The position numbers were made by a program, and so were the translations under genes. Source: a virus. From it: a stretch of DNA of 53,108 bases. Every line of letters begins with the position of its first letter. Positions within the stretch are counted from its first letter, which is position 1. Under the pieces are notes generated by a model, which was not told the DNA's origin, ran no database searches, and saw only the letters and a program-made list of their open reading frames with translations. The stretch covers positions 1 through 53,108 of the IMG/VR virus record IMGVR_UViG_3300000271_000005. One strand, given 5' to 3'. Shown piece by piece: positions 43,427 to 52,029 of this stretch.

Positions 43427-45736
43427 TTAGTGCTGCGGTTGATCCAATAAACCATACTCCGAACGAAGCGGCGAGGGAACCGACTCGTGTATGCGGAAGT
43501 TGGAGGTCGGGGGGAAGATCTTATAGACGGCGTAGCCTGCGGCATCGGTCGCGTGGGTTCTCAGATAATCGCCGCCGTCCGATAGCTTGCCCCGTCCCGA
43601 CTGGGTGTTTTGCTTCCAGCCCACGACCTTGGTGTCGTCGTGAAAGTGGGGGCAGCTGCTCGGGTTATACGTCATTCGCACTTCTCCGAGGGAGTTTTTG
43701 AACATCACGTTCATCTGCTCGACGCGGTTTCTGACCTTTGGGTTCTGGGCTTCTTCGCCCTGGAAGTAGTCGATCGAATAGCTGACGCTGGCTTTCTGAA
43801 AGACCGAGGCTATCTGATCGTAATCTGTGATGCCTGCGTTACTTGTCGTTCCCACCCCGCCCGAGCAGTCGCCGTAGACGCGATAAAAAAACTCGGGGAA
43901 ACGGTTGAGGAGGATCATGGTCATGCCTGTGGAGGACATTTCCGGCTCTGCGATCTCGCCAAACCAGTGGATCATCGAGCCCCAGTGCTCGCCCTTCGGT
44001 CCGAACATGTTAGGGCCACACTGACCTATCATCCAGATACACGGGGCTGGGCTGAAGTTGAAGTCACAGCCGATGATCAGGGGCCTCTCGCGATTGGGAG
44101 CCGCGTCTCCCCATGGGGCTCGGCCGCGCTGGTTGTGACTGCCGGCTGCGTAATAGGCTCTTCCACCCAGGACGTTGACGTGCTGAGCCTCGAGTTCCTG
44201 GGCGGCGTAGAGCGGGGAGAATGATCTGGCCATCGAGTCGTAGTATTCCTGGCTGATGATCCCAGCCTTTACCGACTCGATTGTCTTGACGTGCATACTG
44301 CCGTAGAGGTAGTCGTTGCGCCTGGCCCCCTTCACAAAGCGCTGATATGACCAGTCCTCGCCGTTCGTCGTCGTCGTGATCAGCCCACGCATGTAGTCCG
44401 ACTCTCTTAAACGGCTCAAAACCACCTTATGAGTGTCATCAGGGGTGTCGCGGGTCTCATCGAGCCAGTACCACGATATCTCAATACCCCTCAAAGCATC
44501 GGCATCGGAGAGAATTCGGACGAAAGCGTGGGAAACTTTCCCGTTTCTCGGGTTCCTCACACTTAATATGTTCCGGTAGGTCTTGAACTTCCGGCCGACC
44601 CCCCAGGAGTCAGGCGGCAGCCGGTCGACGACGTATTCCAGCCCGTAGGCGTCGAGCCAATAGAACAGCTCTCGGAGCGTGGCCTGCGATAGCTGATCGT
44701 GATTATTGGCTGCGACGAGGCCCATGAGGTGCGGGTAATTGATGAAGTGAAAGACGGCGAACTGCGATCCGGTAAACGTCTTGCCGCAATTATGATGGAC
44801 TGCCCCCTCGGCCAGATAATTTTCGGTTCCCGGTATATGGACATCCCAAAATTCTTGTTCCTCATGCAACACCGCGATAGAAACTATCCTGGAGTAGCAT
44901 AAGGAGTATTTGCATGCGTAAGGCGAGGGAAAAGAGACGGGTTCATGATCGCCAGCCCATTCGAGATCTAGCGGACGGCACGCGCTCTTCTGCTGAAATA
45001 GCGGCATTGACGGGATATTCAGCGAAGTTTGTCCAGGAGGTCCTGCTTCATGAAGACCTTCCGAGGCTGCCTCGCAATTCCCCGCACGGCGCCCGTAACG
45101 CGGCTTATCGAGGTGGAGGAACTGTCGATAGGGACGGCTATGTTTTGATGGCTGCCCGCTGGCATCCGCACTGCCGCAAGACTGGGATGATATATGCTCA
45201 TCGACTTGTTTACGAACTTGCAAACGGAGTTGTCTTATCCAAGGCTCAGGTAATAGACCACATCGATGGTCTAAAGCAGAATAACTTCCCGTCGAACCTT
45301 CGTATTTTTGAAAAGAACTCTGATCACTTGAAGCAAACCCTTGCAGGCCAAGTCCCGCGCTGGTCCATGCTCGGTTGGAAGAAAATGAATACAGGACATC
45401 GCCAACGGAAAGATCAGCCGCATATTCATAGCTACCGCCTTTTAAAGCAATCAGGTGCCGTTCGTGAGCAACAAACGAGCCTCGCTCGTGCTCAATTCGG
45501 AGAAGCCGGGCTCGACCTTTTACGAAAGGTTTTTCACACGGAACTAGGACTAGACCTTGAGTTCCTACAGAAACAACCAGATCGTTTTCTTGAAGTTTGG
45601 AAATTTCGCACGGGCCACGAGCTGTCTCAATAAGGGTATTGGCCGCAACGCAGGCAACCCCCGCAAACATCGCAAAATGCATATAGGGGTTATAAAGGGC
45701 AGCCATCTGCCATGGGGCGAGCGTGACTGCCGGCAT
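43427..45736 (-). CDS. terL: Terminase large subunit interrupted by a 288-aa intein in the Walker A loop
   Basis: The spliced extein reads ..MFAGVA/CGKTFTG.. (P-loop). Walker B is YWLDETRD. The nuclease-domain motif is IIGCDFNF. Confidence 0.9.
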   Translation of the reverse strand: MPAVTLAPWQMAALYNPYMHFAMFAGVACVAANTLIETARGPCEISKLQENDLVVSVGTQGLVLVPCEKPFVKGRARLLRIEHERGSFVAHERHLIALKGGSYEYAADLSVGDVLYSFSSNRAWTSAGLGLQGFASSDQSSFQKYEGSTGSYSALDHRCGLLPEPWIRQLRLQVRKQVDEHISSQSCGSADASGQPSKHSRPYRQFLHLDKPRYGRRAGNCEAASEGLHEAGPPGQTSLNIPSMPLFQQKSACRPLDLEWAGDHEPVSFPSPYACKYSLCYSRIVSIAVLHEEQEFWDVHIPGTENYLAEGAVHHNCGKTFTGSQFAVFHFINYPHLMGLVAANNHDQLSQATLRELFYWLDAYGLEYVVDRLPPDSWGVGRKFKTYRNILSVRNPRNGKVSHAFVRILSDADALRGIEISWYWLDETRDTPDDTHKVVLSRLRESDYMRGLITTTTNGEDWSYQRFVKGARRNDYLYGSMHVKTIESVKAGIISQEYYDSMARSFSPLYAAQELEAQHVNVLGGRAYYAAGSHNQRGRAPWGDAAPNRERPLIIGCDFNFSPAPCIWMIGQCGPNMFGPKGEHWGSMIHWFGEIAEPEMSSTGMTMILLNRFPEFFYRVYGDCSGGVGTTSNAGITDYDQIASVFQKASVSYSIDYFQGEEAQNPKVRNRVEQMNVMFKNSLGEVRMTYNPSSCPHFHDDTKVVGWKQNTQSGRGKLSDGGDYLRTHATDAAGYAVYKIFPPTSNFRIHESVPSPLRSEYGLLDQPQH
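44789..45652 (-). mobile_element. Intein (Cys29-Asn316 of TerL; +1 residue Cys) with no in-frame endonuclease domain
   Basis: Block A is CVAANTLIET, block B region is FVAHERHLIAL, blocks F/G are FWDVHIPGTENYLAEGAVHHN followed by C. Residues about 121-282 are a low-complexity linker. Confidence 0.85.
44914..45633 (+). CDS. HTH + HNH (HNH_3-type) homing endonuclease gene nested antisense inside the TerL intein
   Basis: AAGGAG SD 8 nt before the ATG. Motif GYVLMA..HPH...YAHRLVYELANGVVLSKAQVIDHIDGLKQNNFPSNLRI. The C-terminal roughly 85 aa lie opposite the Hint N-domain and may be non-domain tail. Confidence 0.75.
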   Translation: MRKAREKRRVHDRQPIRDLADGTRSSAEIAALTGYSAKFVQEVLLHEDLPRLPRNSPHGARNAAYRGGGTVDRDGYVLMAARWHPHCRKTGMIYAHRLVYELANGVVLSKAQVIDHIDGLKQNNFPSNLRIFEKNSDHLKQTLAGQVPRWSMLGWKKMNTGHRQRKDQPHIHSYRLLKQSGAVREQQTSLARAQFGEAGLDLLRKVFHTELGLDLEFLQKQPDRFLEVWKFRTGHELSQ

Positions 45737-46462
45737 TTACGTCGTCTCCAGTCCGTCCCCCGATGCGTCGATGATCTCGCCCCCGGGCACGTCATAGTAT
45801 TGCTTCATCATTTTTTGCATCGCCTTATCGTCGAGCTTTTCACCACCGATTAGCTGAACTGTCCACTGCTGGTCTTCCATTTTCGGCGCCTCGAACTGCT
45901 TCGGATCGGTAAAGCTCTCGGCTACCTTCATGTTCCAGCCGTCGATCATCAGGGCCTTGTGCCGCGCTTCCGTGACGAGCTTGAGACCCGAGGCGATGTT
46001 TCGTAGCTCGGCAGTTTGTATCTTGGCGAATTCGGACTCGAACTTTTCCCCGGTCTGATTCGCTCGGGCTTTGGCCTTTTCATCTTCGTTGATGACGTTG
46101 ATTATATCGTTGATGCGCTTTTTGAAGATTCCCATCATGGCGTCGGGCGCTTCGGGGTATTCCTTCAGCGTCTTCAGAACCTGCTCGTGCCACTTGCCGC
46201 GGTGTGAGAAGAGAGCTTCGGCGATGGATTCGGCCTGCTCCCTGGCGAGGATGTCGCGCTTTTCCTTTTGCCAGTCGGGAAACTCGTCGTAGCTGCGGGT
46301 GGACGGACGCCAGCCCATGCTCTTGGCCCACGTCGTCCATTCGAGATGTGGCGAGGCCATGAAGAGCTGTTTCGCTTGTTCGGGCGATATTTTTGGCTGA
46401 CGCGAGCCTTCCGGCCTGACGATCTGCAGGCGCGGCTGATCGCGTATTTCGTCATCGCTCAT
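45737..46462 (-). CDS. Terminase small subunit (by position)
   Basis: 241 aa. Its stop abuts the terL start. Confidence 0.5.
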   Translation of the reverse strand: MSDDEIRDQPRLQIVRPEGSRQPKISPEQAKQLFMASPHLEWTTWAKSMGWRPSTRSYDEFPDWQKEKRDILAREQAESIAEALFSHRGKWHEQVLKTLKEYPEAPDAMMGIFKKRINDIINVINEDEKAKARANQTGEKFESEFAKIQTAELRNIASGLKLVTEARHKALMIDGWNMKVAESFTDPKQFEAPKMEDQQWTVQLIGGEKLDDKAMQKMMKQYYDVPGGEIIDASGDGLETT

Positions 46463-46465
46463 GCA

Positions 46466-46738
46466 TTAATCCGATGCTGTTTTCTCGAACTGCTCGAATT
46501 GCTTTGCGCCCATATAGTCGCGCAGGAGCGCGTCGGCGCAGGCTCTGAAAAAATCCGATGGGCTGGTGCCCTGGACTTCGCAGATGCGCTTGAGTTCTTC
46601 CTTCTTTTTTGGATCCAGACGAACGGTGATGTTTTCTTTTGGGTCGCGCTTGCTTTTTTGCTTGTTCACAACTGACTGAGCGAGTGCGTCGTGGATATTC
46701 GTGACTTCGTCCATTGCCGTGTCCCTTCGTTTCGTCAT
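46466..46738 (-). CDS. Ribbon-helix-helix-like DNA-binding protein
   Basis: ITVRLDPKKKEELKRICEVQGTSPSDFFRACADALL fits a CopG-like pattern. Confidence 0.5.
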   Translation of the reverse strand: MTKRRDTAMDEVTNIHDALAQSVVNKQKSKRDPKENITVRLDPKKKEELKRICEVQGTSPSDFFRACADALLRDYMGAKQFEQFEKTASD

Positions 46739-46798
46739 ACTTCCAAAAAGTGAGTTACCATAGTTCGCTTCCCGATCGCAAGGCAGTATCGCCTTGCG

Positions 46799-47167
46799 TC
46801 AGGGGTAGAGGGGTTCGACGATCTCGAGCGCGCCGTCAAAAAGTATTTTCACGAGTCCCCTATCATCCCTGAAATCCACCTGAAACGACTGCTCGTCGCC
46901 AGCTTCGAGCAGAGCGGTCGACGAGGCTGGCAGGTCGATTTGCAGCTTGCCGAGGTCGGCCGACACGAGCGTCGCCGGTATGCTGATAATGGCGGCGTCC
47001 TCACCCTGGAAGTGTCCCGTGGCCCCCTGGAGCGTTTGAAACGAGGCGGGCTGACTGGTGCCCCTGTAAAGCATCTGCACGACGAGATATGTGTCCGAAT
47101 CCTTTACGATCGACGGGGTCAGACGGTCAGCGATCTCCCCGACAATTCCTCTGTTCAGGCAGCTCAT
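46799..47167 (-). CDS. Hypothetical protein (122 aa)
   Basis: Clean ORF with start-stop overlap with rusA. Confidence 0.55.
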   Translation of the reverse strand: MSCLNRGIVGEIADRLTPSIVKDSDTYLVVQMLYRGTSQPASFQTLQGATGHFQGEDAAIISIPATLVSADLGKLQIDLPASSTALLEAGDEQSFQVDFRDDRGLVKILFDGALEIVEPLYP

Positions 47168-47694
47168 TTATAAAACTCCACAATGTCGCCGAGGTTCACC
47201 ACATAGGTAAACGTCATGATTTTCGGGCCGATGATTTTGTAAGGATGATACTCCCAAAATCGACAATCGTTAACCCCTGTTGCGTGACCGATTGCGTCGT
47301 GCAGTGCTTTCTGTCGGTTGTCGACGTCCATGATTCGCACCTGCCGGCGCTTCGTGATCCAGTGGGGCGACTGATAAAAGACGATCCCCATAAGCACCCC
47401 GCGCGGGTTCCACGTCGTCGGGCCGATAGCGTTTTTCACTGCCTCGCGAAAGTGGAGGGCCTCCGGGCTCAGGCGACGCGAGCCTATTCTGAACCCCGGA
47501 AGATACATGTGGTTGACTGATGGAGGGAGGTATGGAACTGCGAACGACAGGATTTGAGATTTCGGCTTATTTGTCCTGGCCCAATCGAGAAGAATCTGGG
47601 CCGTGGGTGGAAAAGCGAAGCCCAAAGCTTGAACCGTCCTGACTCGAATTGCAAGGTCTTCCGTTACGTCCAGGGGTCGATTCCGCTTAGGCAT
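47164..47694 (-). CDS. rusA: RusA-family Holliday junction resolvase
   Basis: YLPPSVNHMY and MDVDNRQKALHDAI motifs. Confidence 0.8.
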   Translation of the reverse strand: MPKRNRPLDVTEDLAIRVRTVQALGFAFPPTAQILLDWARTNKPKSQILSFAVPYLPPSVNHMYLPGFRIGSRRLSPEALHFREAVKNAIGPTTWNPRGVLMGIVFYQSPHWITKRRQVRIMDVDNRQKALHDAIGHATGVNDCRFWEYHPYKIIGPKIMTFTYVVNLGDIVEFYK

Positions 47695-49850
47695 TCTATG
47701 ATTTTCCAGCGTTCGTGGTTCACGGCTCCGAGCGTCAGATTTTGACTGATGAATTCGCGCGATCTGCCGACGAGATTGCTGCGATTCACGCCACCCTCAA
47801 GCAGCATCGAGAGCTTTTGCCGAAAGTCCTCCTGATCGCGGTACAGGATCACGCCTGGCCGTCGCCACTCGTCCCAGTCGGGGGCAAGGCAAACGGCGCC
47901 GGCGTGGGAGGCCTCGATCCAGGCGATGTTGCTGTTATGTGATACGATTCCATTTGCTATATAAAAATTTCCGTCTGGAACTTCTATGTCATATACATCG
48001 GATCTCAGACTTTCTTTTGATGAGACTTTTGCAGTCCACTCCCATTCTTTATAAGCGTTGCTATGTTTCTTTTCGCAGATACGATTCAATTTTTCTGTTT
48101 TTTCTCTGCTTATGAAGCCTATTTCTTTATTGAATATATCGCAACCCTGTCTTCCAAACCCTATTTTGTAATAGTATTTTCTATATGTCTGATTAAACTG
48201 CCTGCTGATTTTGCTTTTTATTCCGAAACCTAGCAAAAGAATCTGAGCTTCTTTAGCAAGAGATTCCTGTTTAGTTGATAGGTAAACGCTGGTGTCGCCA
48301 ACAGTTGCATCAGTATCGAATAGTCCCCTAAGAAAAGAGGCAACAACTTTTTTAGGAGATTTCCAAATTACTTTTGGAACCATTAAAGTTTTGTTTCTCA
48401 CCCCTATAAACCCGACGCTTTCAGCAAGAAACTGACGGAGAATCACGCTATTGATATATATGTCGAATCCTTTTCCTGGTTTTTTAACCTCGGTTACTCC
48501 AAGTCCAAGACTTGAAGCAAACCCTCTGACTTTTTCGATCATATCGACGTGCTCTATAGACATAGCTACACCTATGCGGTTGTAGGCGTTCATAGTTCCG
48601 TCTCCTAGCATGATCCCAATAAATTCAGCCCATCTTTCGTTAATAAAAATCTGTGGATGCATTTCATTATTTAGGTCAATTTCGTGAATCGTATTTTTTC
48701 TATTGTTTTGCTGCTTGAATCCCCTCATGGGCAGGGTTTGAATTTTTGATCCAAACTCGATTGGAGAAATGTCGATTTCATCTCCAGCAGATATTTGATC
48801 AATGGATTTCCATTGCCCATTGCTTCTAATTTTATGATGAGGCGTTCCAGATATCTCATAACCATCTTCAGTAACAATTCTCATTACCGGTTGATCTTCG
48901 TACTTGTATGTCGTAACAACGTCTGCCCATTTATCCTCGCGCCATACTTGATCACCGATTTTTATATCCTCAATTGCAATTAGACCTTTCCCGTTGACTG
49001 GAACTAGAGTTCCAGGAACGAGACACTTGCTGCGGTTGAACTCGTCGCCCAGGAGCGGCACGAAAACGACGGCGGGCTTTACGCGGTGCAGGAAGTGGAA
49101 ATACTCGATCGGGTCTAGCGGCGGCGTGACGATCGTCCTTTCGGACGGAATGCCGGCGTCCTCCAGCGCCTTTAGCGTTCCCCACCAGGGACTGCCGACG
49201 AAGTTCAGCGTCCATTTTTCACCGTCTGCCTTGAATGCATCTCTGAGCGGGTCCGTATACACAGCGAGGTCGGCGTCGTGGGTATTCGACCCGCGCCAGA
49301 GGGCGCAAAGGTTTGCGTCCGGCGGGGGCTTCGTCCAGCTGCGATGCGAGTAGGCGAACAGCTTTTCGTCGTAGGCGTTGGGGATAAGGACGATCTTGTC
49401 AGGGCTCAGGAACCGGCGCGGCAGATCCGTTTTTGCAGCTGCGAAGCGTTCGATTATTTTTTCGAGCTTCGTTTTCAGCGCAACCGTGGACACCGAGACG
49501 ATGTCGGCCTGCGCGATGAGCGAGGTCAGGTTATTTTGGATTTGCTTCGGGCTATAAAATTTATGGGCTGGATTTTGAAACGGCACCGAATAGAGGTCGT
49601 CGTCGTAGTCGATCCAGATGGGCTTGCCCTGCAGCTTGCAGAACGACATGACGCGGACGTGATCTGCGGTGTACGGCCGCTGCATGAAGACGGCGTTAAC
49701 GCCCCGGAGGTAGACCCAGTTTATCGTTCCGCCCATTTCAAGCCGGATATCCCGCGGACGCTCCTGCTCCATGGCCTGCAGCGGCCCGCCTGCCCTATAA
49801 AAACTCGTTCCATCGGTCACATTAGGGATTACACAGCCCAGCCGAAACAT
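47664..49850 (-). CDS. Glycosyltransferase (GT-B-like) interrupted by a 364-aa LAGLIDADG intein
   Basis: The extein joins ..GDEFNRSK/SNIAWIEASHAGAV.. The N-terminal and C-terminal halves look like Rossmann-type GT domains. Confidence 0.7.
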   Translation of the reverse strand: MFRLGCVIPNVTDGTSFYRAGGPLQAMEQERPRDIRLEMGGTINWVYLRGVNAVFMQRPYTADHVRVMSFCKLQGKPIWIDYDDDLYSVPFQNPAHKFYSPKQIQNNLTSLIAQADIVSVSTVALKTKLEKIIERFAAAKTDLPRRFLSPDKIVLIPNAYDEKLFAYSHRSWTKPPPDANLCALWRGSNTHDADLAVYTDPLRDAFKADGEKWTLNFVGSPWWGTLKALEDAGIPSERTIVTPPLDPIEYFHFLHRVKPAVVFVPLLGDEFNRSKCLVPGTLVPVNGKGLIAIEDIKIGDQVWREDKWADVVTTYKYEDQPVMRIVTEDGYEISGTPHHKIRSNGQWKSIDQISAGDEIDISPIEFGSKIQTLPMRGFKQQNNRKNTIHEIDLNNEMHPQIFINERWAEFIGIMLGDGTMNAYNRIGVAMSIEHVDMIEKVRGFASSLGLGVTEVKKPGKGFDIYINSVILRQFLAESVGFIGVRNKTLMVPKVIWKSPKKVVASFLRGLFDTDATVGDTSVYLSTKQESLAKEAQILLLGFGIKSKISRQFNQTYRKYYYKIGFGRQGCDIFNKEIGFISREKTEKLNRICEKKHSNAYKEWEWTAKVSSKESLRSDVYDIEVPDGNFYIANGIVSHNSNIAWIEASHAGAVCLAPDWDEWRRPGVILYRDQEDFRQKLSMLLEGGVNRSNLVGRSREFISQNLTLGAVNHERWKIIECLSGIDPWT
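47934..49025 (-). mobile_element. Intein with in-frame LAGLIDADG homing endonuclease (Cys276-Asn639; +1 residue Ser)
   Basis: Block A is CLVPGTLV, LAGLIDADG motifs are FIGIMLGDGT and FLRGLFDTDATV, blocks F/G are VYDIEVPDGNFYIANGIVSHN followed by S. Strikingly AT-rich compared with the exteins. Confidence 0.9.
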
Positions 49851-50154
49851 TTTGCATTACTCCCGTGTCGATTGCTTTCTTTGCCTCTTCGGTCGTCATG
49901 AGCCCAGCCTTCCAGGGCTCGGCGATATCGCGCCAGACCTGGTTGAATTTCCAAGCCATATACTGGCCCGCTTCGACCGAGCCGATGGCGTGAATGCGGC
50001 GCTTGCCGAAGCCATTTTCGAGAAAGTGAAAGTAAAACCTCTCGGCCTTGCCTGTCATGGAACTCATTTCAACGTCGATGACGGCGCTCATAACGTGGCG
50101 GTACCTGAGCTGCTGCTCGTGCTCGCCGAGCCAGACGCGGGTTCTTTTATACAT
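49822..50154 (-). CDS. Hypothetical protein (110 aa)
   Basis: ORF overlapping the start of the downstream gene. Confidence 0.55.
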   Translation of the reverse strand: MYKRTRVWLGEHEQQLRYRHVMSAVIDVEMSSMTGKAERFYFHFLENGFGKRRIHAIGSVEAGQYMAWKFNQVWRDIAEPWKAGLMTTEEAKKAIDTGVMQNVSAGLCNP

Positions 50155-50263
50155 ATTGCGTATCCCATTCCAAAAAGCACTCCATGCTTTTCCGGTAAAA
50201 AGATAGACCGGGCTTTGATATATGACCCGGTCTCTTTATTGCAGAAATCGTTTGTTTTGGATG

Positions 50264-50461
50264 TCAGCGAAGAACTTGCTCTGCCCGGCGTAAAAATTCA
50301 AGCAGCTTTTTTAAATCTTTTTTGTCGAGCGAGGCTGCAACCGAAATGTCGCCGCAAACTCCACGCTCTTTTATCGTGAGGCTTACCCGTCCGTAAGACC
50401 CTTCGCCGTCGGGCTCCAAGAGCCCAGCGCGCAGGTCCTGGCTGATCTGAATCACTTTCAT
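50264..50461 (-). CDS. Hypothetical small protein
   Basis: 65 aa, ATGA overlap with the upstream gene. Confidence 0.5.
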   Translation of the reverse strand: MKVIQISQDLRAGLLEPDGEGSYGRVSLTIKERGVCGDISVAASLDKKDLKKLLEFLRRAEQVLR

Positions 50462-50712
50462 GCGTCCTCCCTGTATCCCTGTTTGCGCAGCAGGTCCATG
50501 CGATGCCTGGCTGCTCCGAGAAGGTCCCCCTGCTCCAGGTCATCGAGGCCCGACTTGCAGCAGCCGCGCGCGAAGACCGAGGCGGAGTTGACTTTAAAAT
50601 TTTCGACGTGGAGACGTTCGATCCCTTGCTCATCGGCGGCGTGGCAGTTTTTGCAGCACTGGAATTTTTTTACTGCGCGGATATCGTCGCAGCCGATTTC
50701 GATATACTTCAC
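50458..50712 (-). CDS. Hypothetical Cys-rich small protein
   Basis: 84 aa containing CC..C and CC clusters. Confidence 0.5.
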   Translation of the reverse strand: MKYIEIGCDDIRAVKKFQCCKNCHAADEQGIERLHVENFKVNSASVFARGCCKSGLDDLEQGDLLGAARHRMDLLRKQGYREDA

Positions 50713-51116
50713 TCGGCCTTTGGCCTCCTCATGACTTTCGGCTTCGGCTTTCTCGGCTCATCATAGATCGCGGCCCACAGGTCGTCCGGGACATGCGTCC
50801 AGTGAGGGCGCCCGCTGATCAGCTGCACATCGCAAACCTCGCTCCGGCTCTCGTCGGGCGGTATGTAGCTATTGGCGTCGTATTGCTCAAACCAGAGATA
50901 TGGCATTCCTGGCGCTATGTCGAGCCATTTTTCGACTGCTGCGCGCAGCACATCATGAGCGTTTGTCACCGACGGGCCGGGGTTGTCCCCGCGCTCGGTG
51001 ACGAGGATATTATAATCGCCGTCGCTATCGACCCAGGTCTCAAGCCTGCAGCAGGCGACCTGGGTCTGACTATAACGGTAGTACCAGCGGTCAATGCGGA
51101 CTACGGAGCGGGTCAC
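50709..51116 (-). CDS. Hypothetical protein (135 aa)
   Basis: Start-stop overlaps on both sides. Confidence 0.55.
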   Translation of the reverse strand: MTRSVVRIDRWYYRYSQTQVACCRLETWVDSDGDYNILVTERGDNPGPSVTNAHDVLRAAVEKWLDIAPGMPYLWFEQYDANSYIPPDESRSEVCDVQLISGRPHWTHVPDDLWAAIYDEPRKPKPKVMRRPKAE

Positions 51117-52027
51117 TTCACCATCTCCCAGACAGCCATGAGCTGCTCGATGTTAAGGTCGGGCACGGCGGACAGGGCCATGCCGAGGGTGCTTTCGATT
51201 TCAACAGGGTCAGAGCCGCCCTGGATCTTTGCAGCGATTTTCTTTTCCACCCGATCGAGCACGTCGAGGCGCTGCTGCTCATCGCGGGTCAGCTGCTCCT
51301 CGCGCACGATAGCTGCCATGGTTTCCCTGGCGTCGGTCTTCGTTTCGATCAGCTGCGGCGTTGCCGGCGTTGCTCGTTCGATGTCCTCGACCTCCTCGGC
51401 CGACATCGCCGTCTGACCGAAGATATGGGGCGCGTGCTCTCGGATCATGAATGCTGCGGCGCGCTTTCTGAGCATCAGTGCCGGCATGGTCAGCCACTTG
51501 CTGCCCTTCTTATCGAACCAGCCTTCGGCGCGGGCCATCTTGAGGCTGACCACTGTGCCTTGCGCTTTCGAGCCGTCCGGCCGGATACCGACTGCGCGGG
51601 TCCAGGCTGTCTCGTCTTTCAGGTCTCCCCCCGATTCGTATTCGATCGCGGTGAAGATGCCGAGCCCGACGACGCGCTTGATCATGAACTCGGTATACCA
51701 GCCGAGGCGCCCGTGAACGAAGTAGCAGCCCTGCAGGGTTTCGCTCAGCGGCATTTTCATCGTCTCTGAAAGCTGGCTCATGATGAAGATCGACCGATAG
51801 TCGCCATTGAACACCTCGGGCACGAGGCCGTTGCCCACGCTCGCAAAGAAAAAAGCGTTCTTGAGATGCCGCAGCTGTTCGCCTTCGATGCCGAATATTT
51901 CGGCCACCATTTTGATTTCGTCGGCCTGGATCCTCAGCTCTTCGATGGAAGCGAACCCGCTCCCCTGGATCTGGGCTGGTCTTGCGCTGCCTGATGATTT
52001 TACGATTTGTCCTGATACTGCTGTCAT
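51113..52027 (-). CDS. recT: RecT-like single-strand annealing protein
   Basis: GWFDKKGSKWLTMPALMLRKRAAAFMIREHAP resembles the conserved RecT core. Confidence 0.6.
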   Translation of the reverse strand: MTAVSGQIVKSSGSARPAQIQGSGFASIEELRIQADEIKMVAEIFGIEGEQLRHLKNAFFFASVGNGLVPEVFNGDYRSIFIMSQLSETMKMPLSETLQGCYFVHGRLGWYTEFMIKRVVGLGIFTAIEYESGGDLKDETAWTRAVGIRPDGSKAQGTVVSLKMARAEGWFDKKGSKWLTMPALMLRKRAAAFMIREHAPHIFGQTAMSAEEVEDIERATPATPQLIETKTDARETMAAIVREEQLTRDEQQRLDVLDRVEKKIAAKIQGGSDPVEIESTLGMALSAVPDLNIEQLMAVWEMVK

Positions 52028-52029
52028 TG

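Noticed and set aside
45377-45633. C-terminal ~85 aa of the antisense HNH ORF as a possible extra domain
   Set aside because: This part lies opposite the conserved N-terminal Hint blocks of the intein and reads as featureless sequence. The ORF probably just continues to the first available stop. Only the N-terminal ~150 aa (HTH plus HNH) look like a real domain.
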